Origin: Proteromonas lacertae
Lineage: Eukaryota
Length of the DNA: 64,000 nt
Assembly: GCA_002245135.1 (NCBI GenBank)
Contig: NGBS01000585.1
Span: forward strand, 248,001-312,000
Direction: 5' to 3'
Part shown: positions 1 to 14,094 of the stretch, in pieces
Layout: every line of letters begins with the position of its first letter
Position numbering within the stretch: position 1 is the first letter of the stretch
The notes under the pieces: model-generated
Told to the model about the DNA's origin: nothing
The model's database searches: none
The model's input: only the letters and a program-made list of their open reading frames with translations
Position numbers and translations under genes: made by a program

Positions 1-2549
1 AGTTTTTATATCACAAGGATTAGAACTAAGTAATTTATTGATTTTTGATTCTTCTAATGAATATATCAATATTATTAAGTATAGTTATAATAATATACCT
101 GTTTGTGTTGGAACTTTATATTTATTAGTTGGAAATACAATAGCATATGTAACAGTTGTTCCTTCTACTGTTTTCTTGATTTTAATTGAAGTAATTGTAT
201 TTTCTTCACATAATTCTAACATTCTTCTACTACCACTACTATCTACACATGGAGTAAACTTACCAATATCATCACATGTACCACTCTTAGTTATATCAGC
301 ATTACTACCAATTTCCCATATACTAATGATTTCATCACTATTAATCTCGTGTTTCTTTATTGCTGTATAAACATATACAGCAATATTATCTTTCTTTTGT
401 ACTATTAATTTATCTTTTGTCAAATAATAATTATTAACAGCATTTGTTTCTGTAAATGTTAAATATACATCATCTTTTATTGTCTTATCTTTTTGACAAT
501 ATTCTCCAGAAATATAATAATCTACTATTTTCTTTTCTATATAGTTTTAGTAAATAACAATAATTATACCAAACTCTTCTTTTACTTCTTCTATTTTAGC
601 ATAACCTGCTAAATCTCCGCTAGCAGTTCCTTCAAATGAATAACTTACAGCATCATTTGTTGTTGTTTTCTTGATTTTAAGTGTTCCAATTGTATTTTTA
701 ACACATTCAGCTAATAATCTTCCATTTGTACTTACTTCTGTACATTTTTCTATTGTTCCAGCAGCTGAACATGTTCCACTTCTTGTTGAATCAGCAGTAG
801 GAGAAGCTGTCCATTCACTATATGGATTTGTTTTATCAATTGTAGGTGTAATAGTATAAATATAAAAACTATTATCAGTATTTATTCTTACTAGTTTATC
901 TCCGTTCAAATAATAAGTTGGAGTAATTGCATCTTTAGATATCTACAAATATGTATTTTTATCAACTCTGAATGGTAAAGCACAAATATCTCCTTTTATA
1001 TATCCATCTAATTTTGCTTTATCTATTCTATAAAAATGAATATTTATACCTTCTTCTGTTACTACTGTTGGATTTGCATATGTGCTAGCTGGATCTACTA
1101 CTGTATATTCATTTTTATCAAATTTGATTTTGATTGTTGTTAAAGTATTTACTGAGCATTCTATTGTTGTTGCTGCTGCTAATAATCTTTTTTCTGACTC
1201 AGTTTTACTACATTCTGTTAATGTTCCATCAACTCCACAACTTCCACTTTTCTTTGTTGTATCTACACTATTTTCTATTGTCCATACACTTACTATTTCA
1301 TCATCTACAACTACTTGAGATTTTGTTGCTTTATAAACAAAGAATCCAGAATTATCATTCTTTTCTACTATTAAATTGTCTTTTGTTAAGTAATATATTG
1401 CAGTTGGGCTTGCAGATTTTTTAAATGTTAAATATACATTATCATCTACTCTTTTATCTATTCCACATGGAGAATCAGAAAGTAACCTTTTGACTTTTGT
1501 TTTATCTATTTAATAATATCATAACTAATACCTAGTTCTGTAGTTACTGTTGGATTGGCAAATGTATTAGTTGGTAAAACAAATGCATATACATTTTGAT
1601 CAAATTTGATTTTGATTGTTTTTAATAATGTATTTGTTTCACATGTATTACATTGAATAAATTTACCATCAACTCCACAACTTCCACTCTTACTAGCTGT
1701 ATCTACATTTTCTTCGACTGTCCATACACTAATAAGATTTTCTCCACTACTCTCTTTTTCATATGTTTTTGTTGCTTTATAAACAAAGAATCCAGAATTA
1801 TTTTCTTTTTCTACTATCATTTTATCTTTTGTTAAATAGTAAGTTTCAGTTGGAGTAGCAGACTTTTTAAATGTCAAATAAACATCATCTTTTACTGTTT
1901 TATCATTTAAGCAAAATACTCCATCAAAATATTTATCAACTTTTGATTGTTCTATTTAATATTAATAAATATAAATACCTGCAGAAGCAGTTACTTCTGT
2001 TATTGTATTATATCCTACTAAACTATCACCTGAATTTACTTCTTCAGCAAATGCATATGTTGCTTTTCCTTCTGCATCTGTTGTCTTTTTTATTTTTAGT
2101 GAAGTTATTTTTGTTTCAACACATGTTGGCGTTAATCTTCTACCACCAGCAGCTTCGCCATCACTGCTACCACCATCTGATGTACATTTATCTACTGTAC
2201 CATCAGCTGAACATGTTCCACTTTTGTCATTAACAATTGTAGCAGCAGTCCATCCACTTGCATCACTTACAGTAGAATCAGAAGTTAAAGTATAAACATA
2301 AAAACTATTATCAGTATTTACTCTTACAAGGTTTGTTCCTTTTAAATAGTAAGTTGGACTATCAGCTTTTGTTATCTTTAAGTAAGTACTAGCATCAACT
2401 GGACCATCAGCTAATGATCCTACGATTTTAAATCCTAAAAAACCATACTTCTCAAGTGACTACTCTCACAGCTTGCTGCACTGATTGCAATTAATACTAT
2501 AAATAATATAAATATAAGCCATACAGAGAATAATAGAATATAAGCTCAT
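1..2549 (-). CDS. Secreted/surface protein with tandem ~140-aa Cys-containing domains, one per exon; 3' end runs off the window
   Basis: ATG at 2549 with a signal-peptide-like start (MSLYSIIL.LIAISAAS). ORFs 1506-1877, 547-909 and 85-423 share YYL..DK(L/M)...N..(F/V)Y(V/I)Y...W......(K/R)SG(T/S)C...G....C and IKIK...Y.F motifs. GT-AG phase-1 introns separate the domains. Confidence 0.8.
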
Positions 2550-3063
2550 TTTATTCTTTAATTTTTTTGAATGAAAAATGATTGGTTGATTTTAACCAAT
2601 CAAATCATTACTCTCAAAATTTTTAAATTCAACTTACAATTTATAACGGTTAAAACGGCATAATTTCAATTAAATAAATTATATTTTATTATTCTTGTTG
2701 TTTATAACAAAGATGTTTTGTTTTTTGATCTATTTTTCTCAGCGAGGTTTAAAAACACTTATAAATGTTACAATGCATTATAATATGAAAAATATATGTG
2801 ATTTCTGTATGACGATTCAGCTAGTGTGTGATTTTGAATTTTACAGTTGCTTATATAGAAGCACAAATAGGGATTATTACTTTGTTATTTTAAGTTAAAC
2901 ATGATGTTAGTTTTTAAAAGTGTTGATTTCAATCACATCACACTTATTTCATTTTTTTCTCTAACTATTATTATTATACTTATAAAACCACAACACCACA
3001 TTAATATAACAATAATAAAATATATTTACGAGATAAACTAATAATAAATAGGATGAATTATAT

Positions 3064-3677
3064 TTAATTGCTATTACTAGATGGTCTTTGTATATAGGAT
3101 GAGAATTCTGAATTAGATATCTGGTCCACACTTCTATAATCAAAATTATTCAATAATTCATTCGCTTTAACTGAGTCTAGTTGATTAAAATTGTCAAAAC
3201 TATGAATCATCTTTTCAAACTAGAAATAAACATTAATAACAATACTTTAAACATAGATGTAATACCTGGAAATCTTGGAAGGAAGTAGTACTTTATAATA
3301 ATGTGTAATGCAGATACAAATATGAAAATTTCTGGTAATATTGCTTCATTTGACAAATAGTCAACCTAATGTTTATACTACAACATATACTTTGTGAAAC
3401 AATGATCTGGTTATTCCTTCTGTGATTATAATGTTTCTTTTTACTATACTACACATTAATGCTTCTCTTCCCTGTAATAAAATATAAAAATGGGTAGAAT
3501 ACGTTTTGGTATTTACTATTATCATCTCCATGAATTGAAAAATATCTGTTTTTATATCTTTCTTCTTGAATGTTTAGTAGTCCATATAACTAGAATATAA
3601 TCTACACAAAATACTCTTCCTATATCATAGTCGATATTCACAAGTACATCACACCATTTTGATACCTTATAACCCAT
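3064..3677 (-). CDS. Small multi-intron hypothetical protein (exon structure ambiguous)
   Basis: Several GTAT...AG mini-introns. The last exon reads FEKMIHSFDNFNQLDSVKANELL...SSNSN-TAA. I could not fix the 5' reading frame uniquely. Confidence 0.35.
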
Positions 3678-3771
3678 TAATTGAAGTGAAAACAAAAAAC
3701 TGTTATTGAAAATATTACCGTTTCTTTCAGTTATTCAAAAATCAAAAAAAAACAATAATACAAAGCATTAT

Positions 3772-4987
3772 TTAAGCTAAAATACAATTAAAATATAATG
3801 TCTTAAATCCATCATTTGAAATAACAATTGAATTGGAAGAACCAGCAATTGTACACAATTGATGATATTTCGATAAACAAGTAACAGATGACATATCAGT
3901 TTTTAAAGTTCCTAAATTCATTCCATCTCTACTATATCTATATATATTCTTCCCTTGACTTCCCACCAGTAATTCATTTTCAAAATACAACAGCGACTGA
4001 ACTGGATATTGAGTAGATTGTGGTGTTAATACAGTCCTTGAAGCAATTGGAATCTAGTCATAATAATAATAATTATTATTATACTTGTAAAACAGCTCCA
4101 TTATTCTCTTTACCACCTCCAATAGCCTATATATAATCAATCAATATATATACAATCCAATTCTCATTATCATCCAACTCTACTGACGATATCCAATCAA
4201 ATGATGTTTTATCTTGTTGATGAGGGTTAATATTAGTTGTAACCTTATGATCATTACTACGTGAATCTATATACAATAATAATAATAATAATATACCCCA
4301 AAACTTAACAGTTCCATCTTCAGATCCACTTATAATCTCTTGAGACTTTTGTAATGTTTTTAACACAGTTATTTCTCGAATATGACTTTTATATTCAATA
4401 ACTTTCTCACCTGTTTTTATATCAATACCATATATATTATTATCACTACAGCCGTTGTATATTATATTATCTCCTGAGAAGTAAGTTAAACAATTAAAAG
4501 AGGTTGATAAATGATTTTCATCTATTGTTATTTTATAATGTATTGAAGGAGTGGAATTGTTGTTGAGTAATGATGATAATAAATATCCATAAAGTCCTGT
4601 TTTTGATGAACATAATATCATTGTGTTGTTGTTTATTGAGTAGAATTTGATTTGTCTAATAAATTTTTCTTCCAGTTGAACTGATACTAATGGATGTGGT
4701 TTGTAACTATAATAAGATGATTCTTAATATAATACTCAAAATCTCTAGAATCCCAGAAGGTTTTAGTCTATTTCAATAATAAATGTTTTTATACTGTTAT
4801 CTTTTCCATATCCCATATATAAATTATTGAAAAATTACTGAGAGCAGCATAATACCTTCCGTCTTCAGAGAAATCAGAAGAAACTATAATGGAGTTAAGC
4901 AATCTAGCTTTTCTTAGCATTTCTGCATTGTAACTATAAACATCAACAAATAATTCAATACTTATCAAATGAAAATGAAACAGCCAT
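3772..4987 (-). CDS. THOC6: THO complex subunit 6-like WD40 protein
   Basis: Spliced product contains SSDFSEDGRYYAA, NIYGIDIKTG..YKSH, IISGSEDGTVKFW-DSR and DWISSVELDDNENW-.AIGGG, matching the THOC6 WD40 pattern. Confidence 0.65.
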
Positions 4988-5073
4988 TTAGTAAAAGCAA
5001 AATGAAAAAAAAATGATTAGAATCAAGCCAAAAGCTTGGACTTTGAAATTACAGTTAATACATTTTTAAACTG

Positions 5074-5854
5074 ATGGAAGAAGAATCTGATGATAAAAGC
5101 CAAGTTAATGAGAGTGATAGTGAATCTACACATGAAGATGAATTAGAAAGCAGGTCAGAATCCTCCAAACAATCAAGACCAAGTATACAATCAGAGAATG
5201 AGTTACAATTAAGTTCTGATGAAGCAGAACATGAAGCAATATTCAATCAAATAAAAAGCAAATACAGTAATAAGAAAAGATCTAAAACCCCTTCACCAAT
5301 ATCAACAAGAGTATATAAAAATAAACTCATTGTATGTTTTATAGTCAAATTCCAAGTCCAGTGAAAGACGTTCTAAAACACCGTCAATATCTTCCCATCG
5401 TTCTATGAATAGTTCAAATTCAGTTCCAGTATTTGATAGATTGTATGCAGAATCATATGCACTTCGAAAAAAGAGAGAAGAAGAAATAAAAAACAAAGAA
5501 GATTCAGAAATGCAGAAATACTCTTCAAAGAAAAGATCAACTTCAACTCCAGTAAGGGCAAATTCAGTCTATTCACCAACTAAAATAAAACAACACTACC
5601 AAGAAAGAGAAATTTATCAAAAAGAACAACAATTAAAAGCTGAAGAAGAGAAAAAGAATAATGAAATATGGTTATGTCCAATTTGTAGTTATTCAAACAA
5701 AATGAAAGATAAAATGTGTATGAATCCAATGAAAGGAGGAACAGTGAAAGTAACAATACAAAATTTAAAGAAATGTAAATCTCAACAAATGGAAGAAGTG
5801 TTAGTGTGTGGATGTAAACAACCAAAACTAGGAACTCCATTTATATGTAAAGTA

Positions 5855-5905
<51 letters not shown>

Positions 5906-6352
5906 GAGATCTAAAGATTTAATGAATACACCAGGTCAAAATACATTTCAAAGTCTATATGAAGATTCTGTATGTAGAAAAGATCGAAGAGAAGTTCTAC
6001 AAAAGGCAGATGATGAGAGATTGAATAAAGTATATACATATACACCAACATTGAATAAACATTCCGTAAATATAGTTAATAAGAAAGGAGATGTATAGAA
6101 TATTACTATTATCATTAATATATAAATAGAGAGATAAGAATATTGGTGAATATTTATATAAACAATTTCAATTGAAATTAAAGAATAGTAATAATTTGGA
6201 ATTAGAAAATAAATCAACAACATCATCTAGTAAGACATCTCGATTACATCCATATACAAATGAAACACAGAAAGAATTTTGTGATAGATTATATCGAGAT
6301 GGAGAAAGAAAAGAATTATTAAGAAAAATGAAAGAAAGTGAAGCTGTATATA

Positions 6353-6383
<31 letters not shown>

Positions 6384-7318
6384 GTTACAATATGATGAAG
6401 ATGGTCACAAATTATTCCAACCACATATTACACGTGAACCTCTTATTATTAATAGAGATCCAGATTTAGATATTTATACTTATTTACATGCATTATCATA
6501 TACACAAAACCAGAAATTACAGTTATTGAAAGAGAATTATGAGGATGAAGAAAAATATGAAATAAATGTATTTATAATTATAATTAACTATTATTATTAT
6601 TTATTATTAATAGAGTGGGAAAATGAAGAATAATCACACTGACAAAGTAACAAAGAAGAAGAGTGAATGGTTCTTCAAAAAAGTGTTTAGTATAATGATA
6701 GATTCTGAAACATTTGATAATTTTGATGAAGTGATAATTGATAAGAGTGTAATAGAGAAAGATTATAGTATATTCAGAGATGAATGTCAAAATATATTAA
6801 AGAACTTCTTTATTAGAAATTTGAATAAAAAATACACATTTCTTCCATTTTCTCATTCATTATATAAATATATTGTAACTTCAACAGGTGGAAGATTTGC
6901 ATTTGTAATTGCTCCACAAGCGAAAATGAATATACCTCCAGAATTTGATGAAAAAGAAATGTTATTTTCACCAAAAATAAATATTAGATCACATCAAATA
7001 TTAAAGAACTCAGAACATTATAACAATAATAATAATAATAATCAATCTATTTATACAACATTATATGAAGATCATATTAACCATCAAAAAAGACTTGAGC
7101 ATTTAAAAGAACTTTATTTATCTCAACAATGTGAGGAATATTCATTTCAACCTCAAGTTGGTAGAAAACCGCAATATGATGTAAATAATACAACAACAAC
7201 AACTAGAACATCTTTATCAGCTAATAGTAGTAAAGATATTAAAAGATCAACTCCAATGAAGGTTGATCATTCTATTTATAAAGAAGAAGAGTTTGATGAT
7301 TATGATAATGACGAATGA
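5074..7318 (+). CDS. Hypothetical low-complexity protein with a W-CxxC zinc-finger-like motif and repeated FDRLY / (Y/L)xFxP motifs
   Basis: ORFs 5074, 5405, 6172 and 6623 can be joined by GT-AG mini-introns. Motifs: WLCPICSYSN, VFDRLY, FCDRLY, YSFQPQV. Confidence 0.6.
5855..5901 (+). repeat. (TAT)n microsatellite inside an intron
   Basis: About 15 perfect TAT units between a GT donor (5852) and an AG acceptor (5906). Confidence 0.9.
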
Positions 7319-7627
7319 AATAAATATATTTATATGTTATTATTCCTACAAATAGGTAATGTACTTAGATTAATAAATTTGTGTATTTATTAAATTTTGT
7401 TTAAACATATCGAATAGCAATACCATAATATTTTTACCTGCTTTGCTCCATTATTTTGAACATTGTTTTGATTAAATAGCATGAAATGATTATATTTATT
7501 TAAACAAAAAGCTCGCTAGTTTGGGCATAAAGTGGCAATATGACCAAATAGAATGGCCAGCTTGGATAGTTCAGCAATAAATTAGCTTACATTACGTTTA
7601 TTTGATTTAAACCAAAATAATCAGTTA

Positions 7628-8881
7628 ATGACATCTGTAGCAGCCAGAACCAATTACATCAGATATATCAAAACCATTAACTGATAATAATACCTTGGAA
7701 AATCAAGCTGTACCTACTCCTCAGACAAATTTAGATAATCAAAGCAAAGCTGAAAATATATCATCACATGTTGCACTTCCTATTAATTCTGTGGAAGCAT
7801 TTAGTTCATGTATATATAAAACGTCTTATGATTTAGCTGAATCTTTACTAATAGTAGAACTGTTTGGATATAACTATGGAAAGTATGAGAAAGTTGGTGA
7901 TTATCAAAGAGTAAGGAGAACAGGCCGTAAAAAAGTATGGAATATATCCTACCTCCAATATGCAGATGAATAGAGTTGCTGAACCATTATTATATGTATG
8001 TATATAACATTACAATGATGATATATATAATATAATAGATTATACAAGAAGATGATAGAACTTACAAACAAAATATTGCAGCTCATTGTTGTTGTGTAGA
8101 TCCTGTTACACCAACTGAACCTCCTTGCTGGAAAGTAGTAGATCCACAAACAAAAGAAATACTGTTTACAATCCCAAGAATAGCTTCAGCACAAGAATTT
8201 AGTTTTAAAATTGAAGGAAAGAATAAAACAATAACACTTCTACTTGACAGAGAATCAACATGTTGTTTTGGTGATTTCAGACCATACTGTAAAAATTGTC
8301 GTGATAAAGTATCTACGCTTAAATTTTTTACTAATTCAGCTGGACATAGTGAATCAATCAAAAAAAGATCTTTATATGGAGGAATGAAAGTGATTGATGA
8401 TAAAGGAACTCTTATTTATCATAATTTAGAATCACCAGATTGTTGCTGGTTCTGTTGTTGCTGTGAAGGGAATGATAACACTAGATCTGGAGGTAGTGAT
8501 AGTATATGTAGCGACAGAACTAGTTATTATCCTAGATACTCTTGGAAGAATCCAGATAGTTGTTTTTGTTGTAATTGCGGATGTTTAACCACATGCTGCC
8601 CTAAGCCTTATGATAGCGAAATTACTGCAAAAGTGGTAGGAAGTCTAGGAGAGTCGAATTCTCATGCTGCTTATGAAATTACAACACTAACAAATGTAGC
8701 TCAAAGTGATCCAACCTTTTATGCTCATAGCATTAAGGTCACTTTTACAAACATAGTATGTTGCGAAGTTAGGATTGCTATATTACTAAATATTTTAGAT
8801 GATAGAGAGGATGATGACTATGATAAAGCTAATATTGACTATTATTCGTGTTCAAAACCTGGTTATGGGTTTTGTTGTTAA
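7628..8881 (+). CDS. Cys-rich hypothetical protein, paralog A (one +1 frameshift at the A6 run 7929-7934)
   Basis: Shares CC..DPV...PP.W...DPQT.E.L, LYGG.K, CC.CGC.TCCP and DDDYD...I..YS blocks with the next gene. Confidence 0.7.
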
Positions 8882-8962
8882 TTGTTTATTAATTGTTTTT
8901 ATTTACATGTTTGTTTTTTAATGTTTATGTTGATTTTGAACCATTCAAGTTTAACTTGAGAA

Positions 8963-10229
8963 TATGGCTTTGATAAATACAGAAGTTGCTGTTGAAAACA
9001 ATGTGCTATCCTTTGAACATGTATCTAGAAGCGAAAATAGTCTGTTGATAATACACCACTACAACAAGAAGTAAATCAAAAAGAGATTGCTATGGTTAAC
9101 TTAGATACAAATATATCACCACATGAAGCTAAATAAAATTGTACATGAAGCAGTTTCAACAAACGTTTTTGAAGCTATTAGCTTGCGTATTATTTAATTA
9201 TATTTTTTTAGTTAATATACTTGGATTTTCACCTCTCTTTGGTGCAGAGTATAACAAATTTGATAAAGGTGGTAATTTTTCAAGAAGAAGAAAGACATAT
9301 TATGAAAGATATGGTATTTTTAATGTAGAAGATGAAAAATTTGATCGTATTACTCCACCTATGTTGTATTTAATGAAAGTCGATGATAGAGAATATGAAG
9401 AAGTAGAATGTAGTAATTGCAGTTTTTGCTGTGGTATAGATCCTGTGAAAACATTGGATCCACCCACTTGGATATTCATAGATCCACAAACTAATGAAGT
9501 ATTAATGACAGTATCAAGAGAACCAAATGGAGCTACAGAATATATAACAAAAATACCAACAAATCCAGAGTTAGTCATTCATACTGATAGACATACTAAA
9601 TGGTATAGAGGTGATTTGAGAAATTGTGGATGTGGTTGTGGCTATCCTACAGTAGCAATAGAAACACAATTTAGAAAGACACCTGAAGGTAATCCCACAT
9701 CAGTCTACAATAGAACACTGTATGGAGGAGTAAAAATACAAAAAGAAGGTAAAACATTATATAGTAACTATAATAACTTTAGTATACTCTGTACTAATCC
9801 AACATTATGCAGAAATTATTGCAATTGTTGTTGTAGAGGTGAAAATGTTTATATACCATCATCAAAATGGACTGATCCAAATGGATGTGTATGTTGTGAT
9901 TGTGGATGTAGAACATGTTGTCCTTCAGAACCAGTAGTTGAAACAGTGTATAATTAATATTATATTCATATTTCTTATTTGTCTATGTGAATAGTGAAAT
10001 CAGAAGGTTTAATGGTGATGAAAGAAAGGATGTTTTGATTAAAAGAACCATTGTTACACCATTAAATCAAAATGATTTTGGATTTGCAGCTAATTATGAG
10101 ATTATTGATTTTACTGAGAATAAAAACATTCCATATGAAGAGAAATTGGCTATAATTCTAGCTCATATTATACCACATCATGATGATGATTATGATAGAA
10201 CAAAAATACCATGTTATAGTTATTCTTAG
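8963..10229 (+). CDS. Cys-rich hypothetical protein, paralog B (5' frame uncertain)
   Basis: ORFs 9139-9957 and 9987-10229 are joinable across a short intron near 9948-9994 and are co-linear with paralog A. Confidence 0.7.
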
Positions 10230-10528
10230 ATTCTTTATATAAAATTTGATAAATTGAATCTAATATGTGAATATGTTTGTCTTTTTCTTTCAAAATAATC
10301 TATTTATCACAATATATTTATCATATACTAAAGTCTATTAGAATTCAATGGATGAAAACATCTATAACCATGTCACCAACTGAATTTCTATTCATTTATT
10401 AATACACTGACTTTAGAAGTTTTTTTAATTTTGATGGTTTGTTTGGCTTGGTAATTTACATGGTAATTAAGTCAAAAATTTGTAAATGAAAATATGTATT
10501 AAATAAATGAATTTAGGTTAATTAATAT

Positions 10529-13500
10529 CTATACGAGAATATTTCTTGGTCTGGATACTATTTTATTCAAACATTTTATTTTATGACAGAAATTCTGTAA
10601 AACTGCTACAGCTTTTATTTGATTTTCATTATACACTTTATCATATGAAGAACAATATATATTTCTACATCTACTTTCAAACTTTGATAGATTTGCAATT
10701 GAACGAATAAATGATTGAATCTTTATAATTGCATTTATCTTCTTTTTATCCTCATCATTTCTTCTTACTGGAGTACTGAATTTTGATAGACTTGAAATTC
10801 TATGACAGAATGTTTGAAGAATTCGAACTGATTTGTCTACTTTTGGATCTACATTCTCTTTTTTCTCTTCTTCTTTTTCAACTTTATTCTCTTTATTATT
10901 TTCAGATTCATTCTTTTCTTCCTTCTGATTATCTTCAACTTCCTCTTTTTGCTGTTCTTCCTTCTTTTCTTCTTCATTTATTTTCTCTTCAGGTTGTTGT
11001 TGTTGTTGTTGTTCTTTCTTTTGTGTTTCTTCTTCTTCTTCTTCTTTCTGTTTTCTTTCTCTTTCTTTTTGTCTCTGTAATTCTTCAATTTCTTTTTGCT
11101 TAATTTCTGATTTCTTTCTCAATTCATCTTGACTTTCATTATCTTCAATTAATTGGATCTTTTCATCATCACTTAGTTTATACACTTTATTTATCTCATC
11201 ATATATTCTCATTGTTAATTCAGTTATTTCTGTTTGAATTTCTTCATCACTTATTTCAGTAAATTCAAATCGAGTTGTCTTTGGAGTTTTCAAATATCTT
11301 CTAGCTGAATTTGCATTACTTGAATTCTTCTTTAAATCATGTATTCCTTGTAATTCTTTCAACTGTTTTCTCAATTCCATTAACTCTTCTCTTCTTTCTT
11401 TATAAATCAAATCTTCAAGTTCACGTTTCAAACTTGATATTAACATCTTCATATTCTCACTATAACAAGTTCCTTTTTCTTCAAGTAATTCACCAGTTTT
11501 TTCAATATCTTCAATTAATAGATTTATAGAACCACTTGTTTTATCTTCTAATGCTAATTTTATAGATTCATTATACTCTCTTTCGATTCTATTCTTTAAA
11601 TCTTCTAACTCTAATCGTTTATTCATCAAATTATCGAATAATTCATTGTTTTCTGCACTGTTATTCAACTTCTCTATTCTTCGAACATTACAATAATATT
11701 CAACTGGTAAAGAAACTAATTCACAAATTCTCTCTATTTTCGATTTGTCTAATTTTATATTTAAACTAATATTCATTTGAACAACAGAATATATTTCTTT
11801 ATTTAGTTTATTAGATCTGATTGGGAATGTTACAAATATAGTATTTTCTTTATAAAAATCAACATTTTCATTGTAAAACGTATGACTACATGGTCCTTCT
11901 TCAAGTATAATTGGATTTCCACTCTTCAATACATAACTCAATATACTGTTACTTATATCAACACTTTTCTTTACCATTCCACCTAATTCATCTTTATCAA
12001 CTACCAGTAAGAATTGACTTCTTTGAGCTTTTTCTATTTTACTATCTAATTCAAAATCTTTCATATATATTCTACAATAATCACATTCTAATTTCTCCTT
12101 AATCACATTTTCAGCACATAATAATAAATTTACACAATCAAATACTCTTAAATTAGCCATTGTATTCTATATACAAAATAAAATAAAAATAAAAAATATA
12201 TATACATTAATAATCTGTTTTGGCACATCCATTACATCTTTCAAATATTCATTTGTCTTATTCATATCATTTACTATATTTAAATCAGGAACAATAACTG
12301 ATAAAACATTACATAATCCATCCATTAATATATCGTCAATAGCATCAAAATCTAAATAATCCTTCTTATTAATTGCATGTAAAACACCAATTTTTTCACC
12401 TTTAGCATTCTTTATTATTTTAATATAAACATCATGTTGCTCTATTCCATTTAATGCGTTGGTTTGATGATTATAATCTCTTCTAAACTGCACATTTTTA
12501 TAACAAATTTCTTGACTTCCACCAACTGAGTTGTATATATTATTGACTAAATTATTGGTCTTTATATCATATGAATTTTCTCCACTATTGTAACTATAAC
12601 TAATTAAATTCTTTCCATTCGCATCAGGTATCCAAATTAATACATTTTCAGTATGCAATGAAATACAAGCTAATCTACTAATATTAATTAAATACTCTTT
12701 TATATCGTAAGTGTTTTTACTTTTATTAATTAACAACAGATTGTCTAATGCAACGATTATATTGATTAATAAATTCACACAATCTGCATCGTTTTCTGCT
12801 TTATTTACTGATTTTTGAAGTAAAGGTGACATTTCACTCATTTGCTTCTTTAATCTTGCAGCTGCTTCATCATTTTGTGAATTAAATTGATGATTAATTC
12901 TTGGTTGTAAAGTTGTATAACTTAATACACTCTTTCTTCTACTTGTTTTTGATGTTTGCACTCTCTTTAATTCATTTATTTGTTCATCTTTTTCATTTAA
13001 TCCATTCTCCAATTCTTTATTCTTTATTCTTTCATTTGATAAATCAACTCTTAATCTATATATTGTATTGGATAATTCTTTACATTCACTTTTTAAAATA
13101 CTTACTTGTTGATTTGGACTTATATTCTATTAAATAATAATAATAACAATTTTATACATCACTATTTTGATCATATAACGATAATATTTTCAATATTCTT
13201 TCATCTCTTTCCATATATACTTCTAAACTCTTTCGCAATTGAGTTAATTTCTCATCTTTTGTTTTTATAACAGATTTTAATTCCATTATTTTGGCTTGAA
13301 GATTGTCATTCTTTGTTTGAAGAGCTTTATTTCTATTTTCAAGTGTAATTTTTTCTTTTTTATATGTTATGGAAAGTGTATTAACAGATGATAAATAAGC
13401 ATAATTCATATCATCTTTATCTACATCATAACTCTTTGTACCTCTGTCTAAACCAGCTGCATCTGAAGATGTTACTGATTCTAACTTTAATACACTACTA

Positions 13501-13955
13501 TCATAGGTTGTTTGACTTAATCCACTGTTTTGTCTGATTGCGGGTAAAAAGTCTGTTGAACTCATACTATAGGATGTAGAGGTTGTTGCTGGAGCTGTTG
13601 CTGGTGTTGATTTTGAATGCATCAAGGAATTTGTGTGAGAAGGAACAACAGGCTTATTACCTATTCTATTTAATTTGAAATCTCTATCACTCATATCCTC
13701 TTCATCAATTACAGTAAAATTTGTAGTTGCCTAAACATAAAAAACTAATTTACAAAATACCTTTAATGGTGGGGGTTTCTTTGGAGGTTTTGATTTTGAC
13801 TTTTTAGTCTTTATCGGTTTAACTTTTGTTTTATTTTTCATCTTCAATTTTTTGTTATATTCTTCTAAAGCTATGTATGGATCGAATAATTTATTGCTTT
13901 TCAAAACATAACTAACATCATCACCACAGGCATAGTCTGGTTCATCAGTTGACAT
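10529..13955 (-). CDS. Large coiled-coil protein with two GAF-like domains and C-terminal IQ-like repeats
   Basis: Four ORFs joined by three mini-introns. GAF-like GEKIGVLHAINKK..DFDAIDD and FYNENVD..TFPIRS. IQ-like ILQTFCHR, IQSFIRS, LQNFCHK. Confidence 0.6.
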
Positions 13956-14094
13956 TTATATCGACTTAAAAACAAGAAATATTAAATATCGTTACAATCA
14001 AATCAAACTTGGTTTGTTATTCTATTTTGATTTTTATCATTTTCTTCCAGATTAAACATAATATTAATAAATTAATTATATTTTTATCATTAAC

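Noticed and set aside
7500..7600. Slightly GC-richer intergenic stretch as a possible tRNA or ncRNA
   Set aside because: No cloverleaf, A/B boxes or Sm site recognisable.
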